Shown here in pieces: positions 28,172 through 38,429 of a stretch of DNA of 64,000 nt. The notes beneath the pieces were generated by a model. That model had not been told where the DNA came from. It ran no database searches and saw only the letters and a program-made list of their open reading frames with translations. Position 1 is the first letter of the stretch, and each line of letters opens with the position of its first letter. The stretch is taken from assembly GCA_964565195.1 (NCBI GenBank), contig CAZMCQ010000004.1, positions 64,133-128,132 on the forward strand, given 5' to 3'. This stretch comes from an uncultured Candidatus Saccharibacteria bacterium. GTDB lineage: Bacteria; Patescibacteriota; Doudnabacteria; UBA920; 2-01-FULL-46-14. The position numbers and the translations under genes were made by a program.

Positions 28172-29206
28172 GTGTGCACGAAACCATTTTGGGAGGCATT
28201 GTTGTTGTCGTCAATGATTAATCCAAAAGCAAAACTTTCAAAAAAAATATTCAAGCCTGACATCGAGATGGCGGCGGCGAGGGATGGGTATGGCAAGGGA
28301 CTCCTTTACCTTGGCGAGCACAATCCTGATGTGGTCGTCTTGTCCGGCGACCTGACCGAATCCACGCGCGCGCATTGGTTTGCCGAGAAATTCCCGGAGC
28401 GGTTCATCCAGGTCGGCGTGGCGGAACAGAATATGATGGGGATTGCCGCGGGACTGGGACTCTCCGGCAAGATTGCCTTTGTTTCGTCTTACGCAACATT
28501 TAATCCCGGGAGGAACTGGGATCAGTTTCGGGTCTCGGTTTGTTATTCGCAGGCCAATGTGAAGGTTGCGGGCGCGCACGCCGGCATTTCCGTGGGGCCA
28601 GACGGCGCGACCCATCAGGGGCTGGAAGATATCGCCATCACGCGTGTGCTTCCCGGCCTGGTTGTGGTCGTTCCGTGTGATGCCATTGAAACGCAAAAAG
28701 CCACGATCGCGCTGGCGCAGGATATCAAAGGGCCGGCCTATATCCGATTCGGCCGCGAGAAGACGCCGGTGTTCACCACAGAAGAAACACCGTTCAAGAT
28801 CGGCCGCGCGGAAGTATTCCGGCAGGGTTCGGCTGTTGCGATTATTGGCAGCGGATTTCTCGTTCATAATGCACTCCTTGCTGCGGAAGACTTAGCCAAA
28901 CAAGGCATTGAATGCATGGTAATCAATAATCACACAATCAAACCGATTGACCGCAGAACCATCGTCGCGGCCGCTGAAACATGCGGGGCTGTGGTCACAG
29001 TCGAGGAGCATCAGATCAACGGTGGAGCCGGCAGCGCGGTGATGGAAGTTCTGGCCGAGGAATACCCGGTGCCAGTCGAGCGGGTTGGTATGCCGGACAC
29101 TTTCGGCCAGTCTGGTTCGGCCTTTGAATTGGTGGAATATTATGGCATGGGCCAGGATGCGATAATAAAAGCTGTGAAAAAGGTATTGAAGAGAAAAAGC
29201 CATTAA
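28172..29206 (+). CDS. tkt: transketolase, C-terminal (pyrimidine-binding) subunit
   Basis: ...GYGKGLLYLGEHNPDVVVLSGDLTEST...GISVGPDGATHQGLEDIA... The start may be the ATG at 28214. Confidence 0.88.
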   Translation: MCTKPFWEALLLSSMINPKAKLSKKIFKPDIEMAAARDGYGKGLLYLGEHNPDVVVLSGDLTESTRAHWFAEKFPERFIQVGVAEQNMMGIAAGLGLSGKIAFVSSYATFNPGRNWDQFRVSVCYSQANVKVAGAHAGISVGPDGATHQGLEDIAITRVLPGLVVVVPCDAIETQKATIALAQDIKGPAYIRFGREKTPVFTTEETPFKIGRAEVFRQGSAVAIIGSGFLVHNALLAAEDLAKQGIECMVINNHTIKPIDRRTIVAAAETCGAVVTVEEHQINGGAGSAVMEVLAEEYPVPVERVGMPDTFGQSGSAFELVEYYGMGQDAIIKAVKKVLKRKSH

Positions 29207-29240
29207 ATTTCTAATGACTAAATTGGGAAATTGGGATTTG

Positions 29241-29278
29241 TTTAGAATAATTAGAGCAATTAGGTCAATTAGAAATTT
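29241..29278 (+). repeat. AT-rich AATTAG box (paralog of 23711-23738)
   Basis: TTTAGAATAATTAGAGCAATTAGGTCAATTAGAAATTT. Confidence 0.55.
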
Positions 29279-29444
29279 CTTTCATTTATGTTATAATAAA
29301 GATGGTTCATTTTGACCTTGAGACCGAACTGAAACCAAAACCAGACAACGCGCAGGCGCGCCGCCATCGGGAAATCATCCTTTTTTGGCAGGTCGCCTTC
29401 GCTGTGGCCGTGATTTTGTTATTAATTTTTGCCTTGAGTTAGAA

Positions 29445-30437
29445 ATGTCAAAGCCGGAATTAGTTTCCATCGGCGATACTACTACGGACGCGTTCATTCG
29501 TCTGCATGACGCATCCGTGCACTGCGACTTAAATCACAAAAATTGCCAGCTCTGCGTCTCCTTCGCTGACAAGGTGCCTTATGAGGACCTGACCGTGGTT
29601 CCGGGCGTGGGCAATTCGGCTAATGTCGCTGTGGGCGCGGCGCGGCTCGGCCACAAGGCACGGTTTATGAGCGCGGTCGGGGACGACCACTATGGCCGCG
29701 AGATTATCGCCCTATTTAGAAAAGAAAAAGTTGATCCGGCTCTGGTCAAAACCAACCGCGGCGCGCCGACGAATTATCATTTTGTCTTGAATTACAGAGG
29801 AGAACGCACGATCCTTATCAAGCACAACCAATACAGATACTACGATGTCAATCGCATCGGCAATCCGGAGTGGCTGTTTTTCTCTTCCACCGGCGAGCAT
29901 ATGCTGCCCTTTCATCACCGACTCGCGCGCTACCTTACAAAACGTCCGAGAATAAAACTGGGTTTTAATCCAGGCACTTTTCAGATGAAGATGGGACGAA
30001 AAAAATTAGCCGGAATTTACCGGCAAACTCATGTGCTGTTTGTAAATCGCGAAGAAGCGGCGCGCGTTTTGGACGCGAAAATCTCTGCTATTAAAAAACT
30101 GATGCGCGGCTTGCACAAACTGGGGCCGAAAATTGTCTGCATTACGGATGGCCCGGACGGGGCATATGCGTCAGAGGACGATACAGTTTATTTTATGCCC
30201 ATCTATCCTGACCCCGCGCCGCCCTTTGAGCGCACCGGCGCGGGCGATGCGTTTTCTTCGGGCTTTATGAGCGCCCTGATGTATGATTTGCCGGTCGCGG
30301 AGGCCATGCGCTGGGCGCCGATTAACTCAATGAATGTGGTGCAATATGTGGGAGCGAGGGAAGGATTGTTAACAAAAAATAAGTTATTGTCCTTATTGAA
30401 ACGCGCGCCGAAAAATTATCGTCCTCGTTTAATTTAG
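29445..30437 (+). CDS. PfkB-family carbohydrate kinase (ribokinase-like)
   Basis: MSKPELVSIGDTTTDAF... and C-terminal GAGDAFSSGFMSAL. Confidence 0.78.
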   Translation: MSKPELVSIGDTTTDAFIRLHDASVHCDLNHKNCQLCVSFADKVPYEDLTVVPGVGNSANVAVGAARLGHKARFMSAVGDDHYGREIIALFRKEKVDPALVKTNRGAPTNYHFVLNYRGERTILIKHNQYRYYDVNRIGNPEWLFFSSTGEHMLPFHHRLARYLTKRPRIKLGFNPGTFQMKMGRKKLAGIYRQTHVLFVNREEAARVLDAKISAIKKLMRGLHKLGPKIVCITDGPDGAYASEDDTVYFMPIYPDPAPPFERTGAGDAFSSGFMSALMYDLPVAEAMRWAPINSMNVVQYVGAREGLLTKNKLLSLLKRAPKNYRPRLI

Positions 30438-30475
30438 ACTGCAAATTACTAATTACTAATTTCTAACAAAAATTT

Positions 30476-31483
30476 ATGGCGAAAATTCGCGTGGCAATCA
30501 ATGGGTTTGGCCGGATCGGGCGGTCAGCTTTCAAGGTAGCTTTAGAAAAGAAAAATCTGGAGGTCGTGGCGATCAATGATCTTACGGACGCAAAAACCCT
30601 CGCGCACCTTTTGAAATACGACACGGCCTACGGTATTTATGAGCGTGAGGTTGCGGCCAGGCTCGGCAAATTGATTGTGGATAAAAAGCCGTACCCGATT
30701 TTTGCAGAAAAAGATCCGTCAAAATTGCCTTGGCGCAAGCTCAAAGTTGACGTGGTCCTCGAGTGCACCGGCGTCTTTACCAAAGACGGCGCGGCCAGAG
30801 TGCACCTCGCGGCCGGCGCGAAACGCGTCATCGTTTCCGCGCCGACGAAAGGCACCGGCGGCATCAAGACCTTTGTGATGGGCGTGAATGAAGATCAGTT
30901 TCGCGGCGACGCCGTGATCTCCAACGCCTCGTGCACGACCAACTGCTTGGGCCCTGTCGCGCAGGTGATTTTGGACAAGTTTGGCATAAAAAAGGCGATG
31001 ATGACCACGGTCCACAGTTATACGCAGGATCAAAACCTCCAGGACGGACCGCACCGGGACCTCCGCCGCGCGCGCGCGGCGGCCGCGAATATCGTGCCGA
31101 CCACAACCGGCGCCGCGATCGCCGCCACGGAAGCCATTCCGGACTTGCGCGGCAAATTCGACGGCATTGCCCTGCGGGTTCCGACGATTACCGGTTCAGT
31201 GACGGATTTCACTTTTCTCGTGAGCCGCCGCGTTTCCGTGGATGCGATCAACGGCGCCTTCCGGGCCGCGGCGCGGCAAAAACGGTACCAAGGGATCCTC
31301 GCCGTAACCGAAGACCCGATCGTTTCCTCGGATATCATTGGCACAACCTATTCCGCGATCGTGGACGTCGGTTTCACTCGCGTCGTGGACGGGGACCTCG
31401 TGAAGGTGCTCGCTTGGTACGACAATGAATGGGGTTATGCCAACCGGCTCGTGGAACAAATTGCATTAGTCAATGCAGCTTAA
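30476..31483 (+). CDS. gap: glyceraldehyde-3-phosphate dehydrogenase
   Basis: INGFGRIGR and SNASCTTNCL. Confidence 0.95.
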   Translation: MAKIRVAINGFGRIGRSAFKVALEKKNLEVVAINDLTDAKTLAHLLKYDTAYGIYEREVAARLGKLIVDKKPYPIFAEKDPSKLPWRKLKVDVVLECTGVFTKDGAARVHLAAGAKRVIVSAPTKGTGGIKTFVMGVNEDQFRGDAVISNASCTTNCLGPVAQVILDKFGIKKAMMTTVHSYTQDQNLQDGPHRDLRRARAAAANIVPTTTGAAIAATEAIPDLRGKFDGIALRVPTITGSVTDFTFLVSRRVSVDAINGAFRAAARQKRYQGILAVTEDPIVSSDIIGTTYSAIVDVGFTRVVDGDLVKVLAWYDNEWGYANRLVEQIALVNAA

Positions 31484-32693
31484 CTCGCTAAAAGAATTTG
31501 AGGTGCGTGATAAATCGGTGCTGCTACGCACTGATTTTAATGTGCCGATGCAGGACGCAGCGATAAGCGATGTTTCCCGTCTCGAAAACGCGCTGCCCAC
31601 GATCGAATATCTCGTAAAGCGCCAAGCCCGGATAATTATTGTCTCGCATTTCGGCCGGCCCGCGGGCTGGGAGGAAAAATTTTCCTTTCGCCCGGTGGCC
31701 GAGCGGCTCGCGGAAATTTTAAACCGCAAATTTGCGACGATTGCCGAAGCGCTGCCGGACTATGATGTCCCCCACGTTTATTTTTTTGGCCAGAATATTG
31801 AACGGGTCAACATCCTGCCGCTCTTGCGCGCGATGCGCGGGGGGGATATTGCGTTTCTGGAGAATTTGCGGTTTTATCCCGGGGAGAAAAACAATGACCC
31901 GCTCTTCGCCCAAAAGCTCGCGAGCCTGGCCGGCGTTTATGTGAACGAAGCTTTTTCCGCAAGTCACAGAGCGCATGCTTCCATGGTCGGCGTGCCGGCA
32001 CTGCTGCCAAGTGCGGCAGGATTGTCTTTGGAAAAAGAGATTCTGAATCTTTCGCGTGTTCTCGACCATCCAAAAAAGCCAGTGGTCGTAATGATGGGCG
32101 GAATAAAATTAGCGGACAAGGCCGGGGCGATCGAAAATTTAGCCCGGGTTAGCGAAGCCATTCTGCTTGGCGGAGGTTTGGCTAATTTATTTCTTAAGAT
32201 GCGCGGGTTTGAGATCGGCAAATCTGTCTGGGGAGGAGAAGAGGAAATAAAATTGGCCCGCCAGCTTTGGCGCGATTACCAGAAGAAAATCAAATTGCCG
32301 CTTGACGCGATTGTTTCGACCAGGCGCGATGGCGCGCCGGAATACGTGAGGATTGACAAGGTAAAAGCGCATCACCTGATTTTGGATATCGGCCCGGAGA
32401 CGATTCGGCACTACAGCAAATTTTTGAAGCTTGGCCAAACGCTCGTTTGGGGTGGGCCGATGGGGTATTACGAGAATAAGTCATTCTCCCACGGGACTTT
32501 TGCTCTGGGCCGTTTGTTTGCGTCCCGCTCAAAGTCTCAAGCCTTCGGCGTGGCCGGAGGCGGCGAGACATTGGACGTGATTGCCAGGCTCGGGATGGGT
32601 AAATACATTGATCATGTTTCCACCGGCGGCGGGGCGATGCTGGAATTTTTGGCCGGCAAATCCCTGCCCGCTCTCGAGGCGCTCAAAAAATAA
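31473..32693 (+). CDS. pgk: phosphoglycerate kinase
   Basis: ...VLLRTDFNVP... and GGGA motifs. Confidence 0.93.
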   Translation: MQLNSLKEFEVRDKSVLLRTDFNVPMQDAAISDVSRLENALPTIEYLVKRQARIIIVSHFGRPAGWEEKFSFRPVAERLAEILNRKFATIAEALPDYDVPHVYFFGQNIERVNILPLLRAMRGGDIAFLENLRFYPGEKNNDPLFAQKLASLAGVYVNEAFSASHRAHASMVGVPALLPSAAGLSLEKEILNLSRVLDHPKKPVVVMMGGIKLADKAGAIENLARVSEAILLGGGLANLFLKMRGFEIGKSVWGGEEEIKLARQLWRDYQKKIKLPLDAIVSTRRDGAPEYVRIDKVKAHHLILDIGPETIRHYSKFLKLGQTLVWGGPMGYYENKSFSHGTFALGRLFASRSKSQAFGVAGGGETLDVIARLGMGKYIDHVSTGGGAMLEFLAGKSLPALEALKK

Positions 32694-32699
32694 AAAGTT

Positions 32700-34316
32700 A
32701 TGCCAAAGTTTAAACAAGTGGTACTGCTCATTCTCGACGGCTTTGGCGTGGCGTCGCCCTCCGAGGGCAATGCCGTCGTAGCCGCCAACCCAAGAAACCT
32801 GAATTATCTGATTAATCACTATCCGGCAACGACTTTGCAGGCCTCGGGTCCATCGGTCGGTCTGCCTTGGGGGGAGCGCGGCAATTCCGAGGTCGGCCAT
32901 TTGAATCTCGGCGCCGGGCGGATCGTGAGCCAGGATCTGCCGCGCATCAGCCAGGCCATTGCCTCGGGCGAGTTTTTCAAAAATCGCGCTTTTCTTTCCG
33001 TCTTGGAGCATGTCCAGAGCAATCAATCCCGGCTGCATCTCGTGGGTTTGGTCTCCTCCGGCGGAGTGCATTCGTCGGACGAACATCTGCACGCGCTCCT
33101 GGCGCTCGCCGCCGAGTACCGGCTGCCGCAGGTTTACGTGCATATGATTACGGACGGCCGCGATACGCCGCCAAAAGCCGCGCTTTCCAGCTTGGAACGG
33201 CTAACGCGGAAATTTCTCGAGCATGGGGTCGGCAAGGTCGCGACCGTTGCCGGCCGGTTTTACGCCATGGATCGTGGCGCGCACTGGGAGGTGACCGAAA
33301 GCGTGTACCGCGCCATGGTCTATGGCGAAGGGGAGCGCGCGATCTCGCCGCGGGACGCAATCGAGCACTATTACGACCAGCAGATCTACGACGAGACCAT
33401 TCCACCGACCGTGATTACTGAAGGCGGGCAGCCGGTCGCGACCGTGGGCGCGGGCGACGGCGTGATTTTTTTCAATTTTCGGCCGGATCGCGCGCTACAG
33501 CTCTTCTCCGCGCTGGCTGATCCGAACTTCGATAAATTTTCCCAAAAGTACGCGCCGCTTGAAAATCTCCTCTGCGCCACCATGACCCTTTACAATAAAA
33601 ATCTCCCGGCCATGGTTGCCTTCCCGCCGCTCGTGCTCGGGATGGGGCTTTCCGAAGTCTTGAGCCGGCAGGGGCTTCACCAATACCATATTGCGGAGAG
33701 TGAAAAGTACGCGCACGTGACCTCCTTTTTCAACGGCGGCCGGGAAGAACCGTTTCCCGGGGAGGAGCGGGAGATAATTTCCAGTCCGAGCGCTTATCAA
33801 AAAAGTTATGAAGATGTACCGGAGATGAGTGTGGATCAGCTCGGAACGAAGATTGTGCAGAGATTGCGTGAGGGAACAGCGTTCATTCTCGCCAACTTTG
33901 CCAATTCCGATATGGTCGGCCATACCGGCAACCGGCGCGCCGCCGAGGCGGCTGTACTCGCCGTGGACAAAAATATTGGCACCATTTTTGAAGCCGCGCA
34001 GGCGGTGGGCGCAGCATTTGTCATTACCGCGGATCATGGCAATATCGAAGAACTCCTGAACGCGAGGAGTGGACAGATCAACAAAGAACACTCACTTAAC
34101 CCCGTGCCGTTGATCATCGCGGGGAAAGGTTTGGAGCGGCAGAAAATTAAAAGCCGCGGCTATCTGGAACTGCCGGCATTAGTCCCGGAAGGCGTTCTTT
34201 CGGATGTGGCGCCGACAGCGCTGGAATTAATGGGGATCGTGCCCCCGCCGGAGATGACGGCGATTTCGCTGCTGCCCGCGCTTGTTTATGAAAAAAGCCT
34301 GGAAACCAAAATTTGA
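32700..34316 (+). CDS. gpmI: 2,3-bisphosphoglycerate-independent phosphoglycerate mutase
   Basis: MPKFKQVVLLILDGFGV... and SEVGHLNLGAGR. Confidence 0.93.
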   Translation: MPKFKQVVLLILDGFGVASPSEGNAVVAANPRNLNYLINHYPATTLQASGPSVGLPWGERGNSEVGHLNLGAGRIVSQDLPRISQAIASGEFFKNRAFLSVLEHVQSNQSRLHLVGLVSSGGVHSSDEHLHALLALAAEYRLPQVYVHMITDGRDTPPKAALSSLERLTRKFLEHGVGKVATVAGRFYAMDRGAHWEVTESVYRAMVYGEGERAISPRDAIEHYYDQQIYDETIPPTVITEGGQPVATVGAGDGVIFFNFRPDRALQLFSALADPNFDKFSQKYAPLENLLCATMTLYNKNLPAMVAFPPLVLGMGLSEVLSRQGLHQYHIAESEKYAHVTSFFNGGREEPFPGEEREIISSPSAYQKSYEDVPEMSVDQLGTKIVQRLREGTAFILANFANSDMVGHTGNRRAAEAAVLAVDKNIGTIFEAAQAVGAAFVITADHGNIEELLNARSGQINKEHSLNPVPLIIAGKGLERQKIKSRGYLELPALVPEGVLSDVAPTALELMGIVPPPEMTAISLLPALVYEKSLETKI

Positions 34317-35949
34317 AGCGGCGGCGGCTGACGTGCCGCTCGTGGCGCGGCTTTTGGCCGCGCGCGGCATAACTGGCGAAGAAGATGCCGCCAGGTTTTT
34401 TGAGCCGCAGTATGAACACGCGCATGACCCACTGCTGCTTGCCGATATGCCAAAGGCGGTAGAGCGTATTCAAGACGCGATCGCGCAGGGAGAGCAGATC
34501 ACGGTTTATGCGGATTATGATGCTGATGCGATTACCGCGGCCGCTGTGCTGCTGCGGTATTTTCAGCAGGTTAATTATAAAAACGTTGATTATTATATTC
34601 CCGATCGGTTTGCCGAAGGTTACGGCATTAACCCGGAGGCGATTCGGGTTTTAATCGCGCGCGGCACCAAGCTCATCATCACCGTGGATTGCGGGATCAA
34701 CGCTTCCGAGGCCGTGGATCTGGCAAACTCGCTCGGGACGGAGGTGATTATCACTGATCACCATCAATTGACGGATGGGATACCTCGCGCTGCGGCAGTT
34801 GTGAATCCCCGCCGACCGGACGATAAGTATCCGTTTAAAGATTTAACCGGCGTCGGTGTGGCGTTTAAACTGGTGCAAGGTTTGGGTGCGGGGGGGTGGG
34901 CAAAGTGGCTGCTCGATCTTGTGGCCATCGGCACAGTCGCGGATTGCCAGTCGCTTTTGGGCGAGAACCGGATTTTCGTAAAGTGGGGGATGCTGGTTTT
35001 AAAAAAAACCCGTTGGATTGGGCTGCAAACCTTGCTGGAAGGGGTCGGCCTTGGCGGGCAGGAACTGGATACTTACAAAATCGGTTTTCTGATCGCGCCG
35101 CGCCTCAATGCCGCGGGCCGCATTGCGCATGGCAATATCGCTTTGGAATTGCTCCTCACGGATGATGGCGACCGGGCGCGGACTCTGGCCGATAAACTGG
35201 AGGAGCTGAATCGGCACCGGCAGGAGCTTACGGAGCAGATTTTAAGCGAAGCGCGCGAGCAGCTTGCGCTCGCGAAGGATAAAAAAGTCCTGCTGGCCCA
35301 AGGGGAGAACTGGCCGCGCGGCATCGTTGGGCTGGTGGCCGGCAAACTGACCGACGAATTTTACCGGCCGGTGCTGGTATTGTCCCGAAGCGAGTCCGAG
35401 GCAGTGGGGTCAGCGCGGAGTGTGTTTGGGTTCAATATCGTGGAGGCCATCGGCCAAAGCCGGGAAATTCTTTTGCGCTACGGCGGGCATGCCCAGGCCG
35501 CGGGCTTTACTTTAACCACCGAGCATATCGAAGTCTTTCACAGGAATTTATTAAGCTACGCGGACGCGGCTTTGCCAGAGGAGTTGTTATCGCCGGTATT
35601 GTACTATGATGCGGAGATAGAACTCTCCGAGGTCAGCGAAGAATTATTGAATAATCTGCAAAAGTTTGAGCCCCACGGCGTCGGCAACCCGCGTCCGAAA
35701 TTTCGAATTAATAATTTGCAAGCAAGAAATGTTAAAAAAATTGGCAATAGTGAAAAGCATTTGAGAATGTATGTTTCGGACGAATCAGAAAATCAGAGAA
35801 TCGGATGTATCGGATTTAATCTCGGCTTCTGGGCGGAAAAATTACAGGAAGGCGCTGTGATCGATATGATTTGCGAGCCGCAATTCAACGAATGGAACGG
35901 GGAAAGAAACATTCAGTTAAAAATTGTCGATTTATGCCAGAGAAACTGA
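34282..35949 (+). CDS. recJ: single-stranded-DNA exonuclease RecJ
   Basis: DHH motifs ...VYADYDADAITAAAVL... and ...IITDHHQ... The exact start is uncertain; it overlaps the end of gpmI. Confidence 0.82.
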   Translation: MFMKKAWKPKFEAAAADVPLVARLLAARGITGEEDAARFFEPQYEHAHDPLLLADMPKAVERIQDAIAQGEQITVYADYDADAITAAAVLLRYFQQVNYKNVDYYIPDRFAEGYGINPEAIRVLIARGTKLIITVDCGINASEAVDLANSLGTEVIITDHHQLTDGIPRAAAVVNPRRPDDKYPFKDLTGVGVAFKLVQGLGAGGWAKWLLDLVAIGTVADCQSLLGENRIFVKWGMLVLKKTRWIGLQTLLEGVGLGGQELDTYKIGFLIAPRLNAAGRIAHGNIALELLLTDDGDRARTLADKLEELNRHRQELTEQILSEAREQLALAKDKKVLLAQGENWPRGIVGLVAGKLTDEFYRPVLVLSRSESEAVGSARSVFGFNIVEAIGQSREILLRYGGHAQAAGFTLTTEHIEVFHRNLLSYADAALPEELLSPVLYYDAEIELSEVSEELLNNLQKFEPHGVGNPRPKFRINNLQARNVKKIGNSEKHLRMYVSDESENQRIGCIGFNLGFWAEKLQEGAVIDMICEPQFNEWNGERNIQLKIVDLCQRN

Positions 35950-36359
35950 TCATCTATACTGACGGTGGGGCGCGCGGCAATCCGGGCCCGGCCGCGGCCG
36001 GTGGCGCCATTTACGCTCGCTCCGGGAAGCTTATCGAGAAATTCAGCAAATATTTAGGCGAGCGCACCAACAATGAGGCCGAGTATGAGGCGATAATCCT
36101 CGCGCTCGAAAAAGCCGCGCGGCAGCGCGCAGCGCAGGTGCGGTTTTATATGGACAGCGAGCTCGTCGCGCGGCAGCTTTCCGGGATCTACCGCGTGCGC
36201 GAGCGGCGCCTTGCCGAACTGCTGCTCAAAGTCAGAAATCTGGAAACCAATTTCCAAAAAGTTTCGTTTACGCACGTGCCGCGCGAAAAAAATAGGGTCG
36301 CCGACCGGCTGGTCAACGAATGTTTAGACGAAAGAGTGTCCCGTCTTCGAGGTAAATAA
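35934..36359 (+). CDS. rnhA: ribonuclease HI
   Basis: MPEKLIIYTDGGARGNPGPAAAG...TNNEAEYEA... Confidence 0.85.
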   Translation: MPEKLIIYTDGGARGNPGPAAAGGAIYARSGKLIEKFSKYLGERTNNEAEYEAIILALEKAARQRAAQVRFYMDSELVARQLSGIYRVRERRLAELLLKVRNLETNFQKVSFTHVPREKNRVADRLVNECLDERVSRLRGK

Positions 36360-37152
36360 GCTCGCGTCCGTTAGGCGAGATGGCAAATTTCGTCTGCAAA
36401 TTTTTGGTCGACAGCAGGTCATAAACATTGGGGACCCCTTCTTTGTCCAGTTCAATGGCTTTGATGGTTCTGCGCACCTGGAAAAACACGTAGTGAGTTT
36501 CTTTGTTCAGAATGGGATTTTCGATCGGCTCCGCGCTGCGCGTGACGAGGAATTTCTCCTCCTTGCCATTGTAACTTCGCCAAAACCAAATTTCATTTTT
36601 TCCCTCAAAGACAATTTTTTCGCTATCCGGGGAAGGGGATTGGGTTGGGGTTTGCCGAGCCGTGCTGGTGGCGAACAGGGTTTTTCCCAATCCGCCGAAT
36701 CGGAATAGGTAGAAATCATCGCCAATGGCCGCGTAGATGTTCTCGCCCTTGACTAGAAAATCTATGGTACTCGTGGCTAAAATAGACGGCGTCGCCTGTC
36801 GGAATAAGACTGGGTTGAGAGAGGCGACGCCCTGGGGATGAAGAGTGATGTGTTTTCGCCAGGGCAGATAGCCGGATTTTTTTATTTCCACTGAGTATTC
36901 GTCCGGCAACAGGAACCGCTTGGTAATGGGTGCGGTTCCGATCGGCGCGCCGTTCAGATAAACGCTGGCGCCGCGCGGATCTGATTTGATAATCAGTGCG
37001 CCGGTTTTAATAAAACGGCGGTTGGCAAAATCATAGCTGTAACCGCGCGCTAACAAAACTATTACCGGGCCCACGAGCAGGAAGATAATGAATCCGGTGA
37101 TGAGTAACATGATGCGGCTTCGCAAGGTCATAGGTAAGGATAATTTTACCAA
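36313..37152 (-). CDS. PEGA-domain membrane-anchored protein
   Basis: N-terminal TM segment and PEGA-like ...IIKSDPRGASVYLNGAPIGTAPI...EYSVEIKKSGYLPW... Confidence 0.65.
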   Translation of the reverse strand: MVKLSLPMTLRSRIMLLITGFIIFLLVGPVIVLLARGYSYDFANRRFIKTGALIIKSDPRGASVYLNGAPIGTAPITKRFLLPDEYSVEIKKSGYLPWRKHITLHPQGVASLNPVLFRQATPSILATSTIDFLVKGENIYAAIGDDFYLFRFGGLGKTLFATSTARQTPTQSPSPDSEKIVFEGKNEIWFWRSYNGKEEKFLVTRSAEPIENPILNKETHYVFFQVRRTIKAIELDKEGVPNVYDLLSTKNLQTKFAISPNGRELIYLEDGTLFRLNIR

Positions 37153-37163
37153 AAACTGCTATA

Positions 37164-38429
37164 ATGGGCCAGCATATGAGCAGATTTGTCGTTTCCGGAG
37201 GGGTAAAATTAGCCGGCGAGATCGCGGTGCAGGGCTCGAAAAACGCGGCCTTTCCGGTGCTGGCCGCATGCCTGCTCGCTTTTGCCGATTGCCGGATTGA
37301 GAATGTTCCGCAGATCAGCGACGTCAATAATTTTTTGGCGATTCTGGAATTCTTGGGCGCGCGGATTGAGCGCGGCGATCATACCCTGACAATAAATTGC
37401 GCTCGTCTTGTGAACAGACCGATTCCGGAGGAGATGATGGGCAAACTGCGCGGGTCAATTCTCTTTGCCGGCGCGCTTTTGGGCCGGTTTGGCAAAGTGG
37501 TCTTCTCGCGCCCCGGGGGGGATTCGATCGGCACGCGACCGATCAATTTTCACCTGGAAGCATTTCAAAAGTTGGGCGCGCGGATTAGCCAGGATCAGGG
37601 GACGGTGCGTGTGGAAGCGGCCAAGCTCGCGGGCGGGAGTATCACCATGGGAGTAACGAGTGTCACCGGGACGGAGAATATTATTCTGGCAGCGGTACTG
37701 GCGGAGGGTACGACCTGGATCAAGATTGCCGCGATGGAGCCGCACGTGCAGGAGCTTTGTCGGTTTTTAAATAAAATGGGCGCGAAAATTTCCGGCATCG
37801 GCACACCGAGTCTCACGATTGAGGGCGTTCCCGCGCTCCGGGGCGCTGCGCACCGGCTTTGCAGCGACGAAATCGAGACCATTACTTTTTGCGTGGCCGC
37901 CGCCGCGACGCGCGGCGAGGTAATTATCAAAGATGTTGATCTAGACCATCTTGATGCGCCATTGGCCGCGCTCGAACGAATGGGAGTCAATCTGGAAGCC
38001 CAAGGGCAAACCATAAGGATTAGAAGTCCGCTTCGGCCTTATCAGGCGACGCGCATTATTACCGGCGTTTATCCGCAGCTTTTGACGGATTACCAGCCGC
38101 TGCTGGGCGTGCTCGCGACGCAGGCTGAAGGCATCTCGCTCGTGCATGACTGGATCTATGAAGGCCGACAGGGGTATCTGGCGGCCCTGCAGACCATGGG
38201 CGCCTCTGTCCAGTTTGATGACGTGCACCGCGCGCGCATCAAGGGGCCCACGCAGCTGCAGGGCGCGGAAATTAAAACGCCGGATATCCGCGCCGGCGCC
38301 TCCATCCTCATTGCCGCGCTCCTTGCCCGGGGCGAGACGCTGATTTATAATGCAGAGATAATTGACCGGGGCTATGAGCGCATTGACGAAAGACTTAATA
38401 ATTTAGGCGCAATGATCCAAAGAGTCTAA
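37164..38429 (+). CDS. murA: UDP-N-acetylglucosamine 1-carboxyvinyltransferase
   Basis: ...VVSGGVKLAGEIAVQGSKNAA... Confidence 0.9.
   Translation: MGQHMSRFVVSGGVKLAGEIAVQGSKNAAFPVLAACLLAFADCRIENVPQISDVNNFLAILEFLGARIERGDHTLTINCARLVNRPIPEEMMGKLRGSILFAGALLGRFGKVVFSRPGGDSIGTRPINFHLEAFQKLGARISQDQGTVRVEAAKLAGGSITMGVTSVTGTENIILAAVLAEGTTWIKIAAMEPHVQELCRFLNKMGAKISGIGTPSLTIEGVPALRGAAHRLCSDEIETITFCVAAAATRGEVIIKDVDLDHLDAPLAALERMGVNLEAQGQTIRIRSPLRPYQATRIITGVYPQLLTDYQPLLGVLATQAEGISLVHDWIYEGRQGYLAALQTMGASVQFDDVHRARIKGPTQLQGAEIKTPDIRAGASILIAALLARGETLIYNAEIIDRGYERIDERLNNLGAMIQRV

Noticed and set aside
29302-29442. 47-aa ORF MVHFDLETELKPKPDNAQARRHREIILFWQVAFAVAVILLLIFALS upstream of the pfkB kinase
   Set aside because: Possible small membrane protein, but there is no SD and it lies in a repeat-containing AT-rich spacer. 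Evidence is too weak to call.
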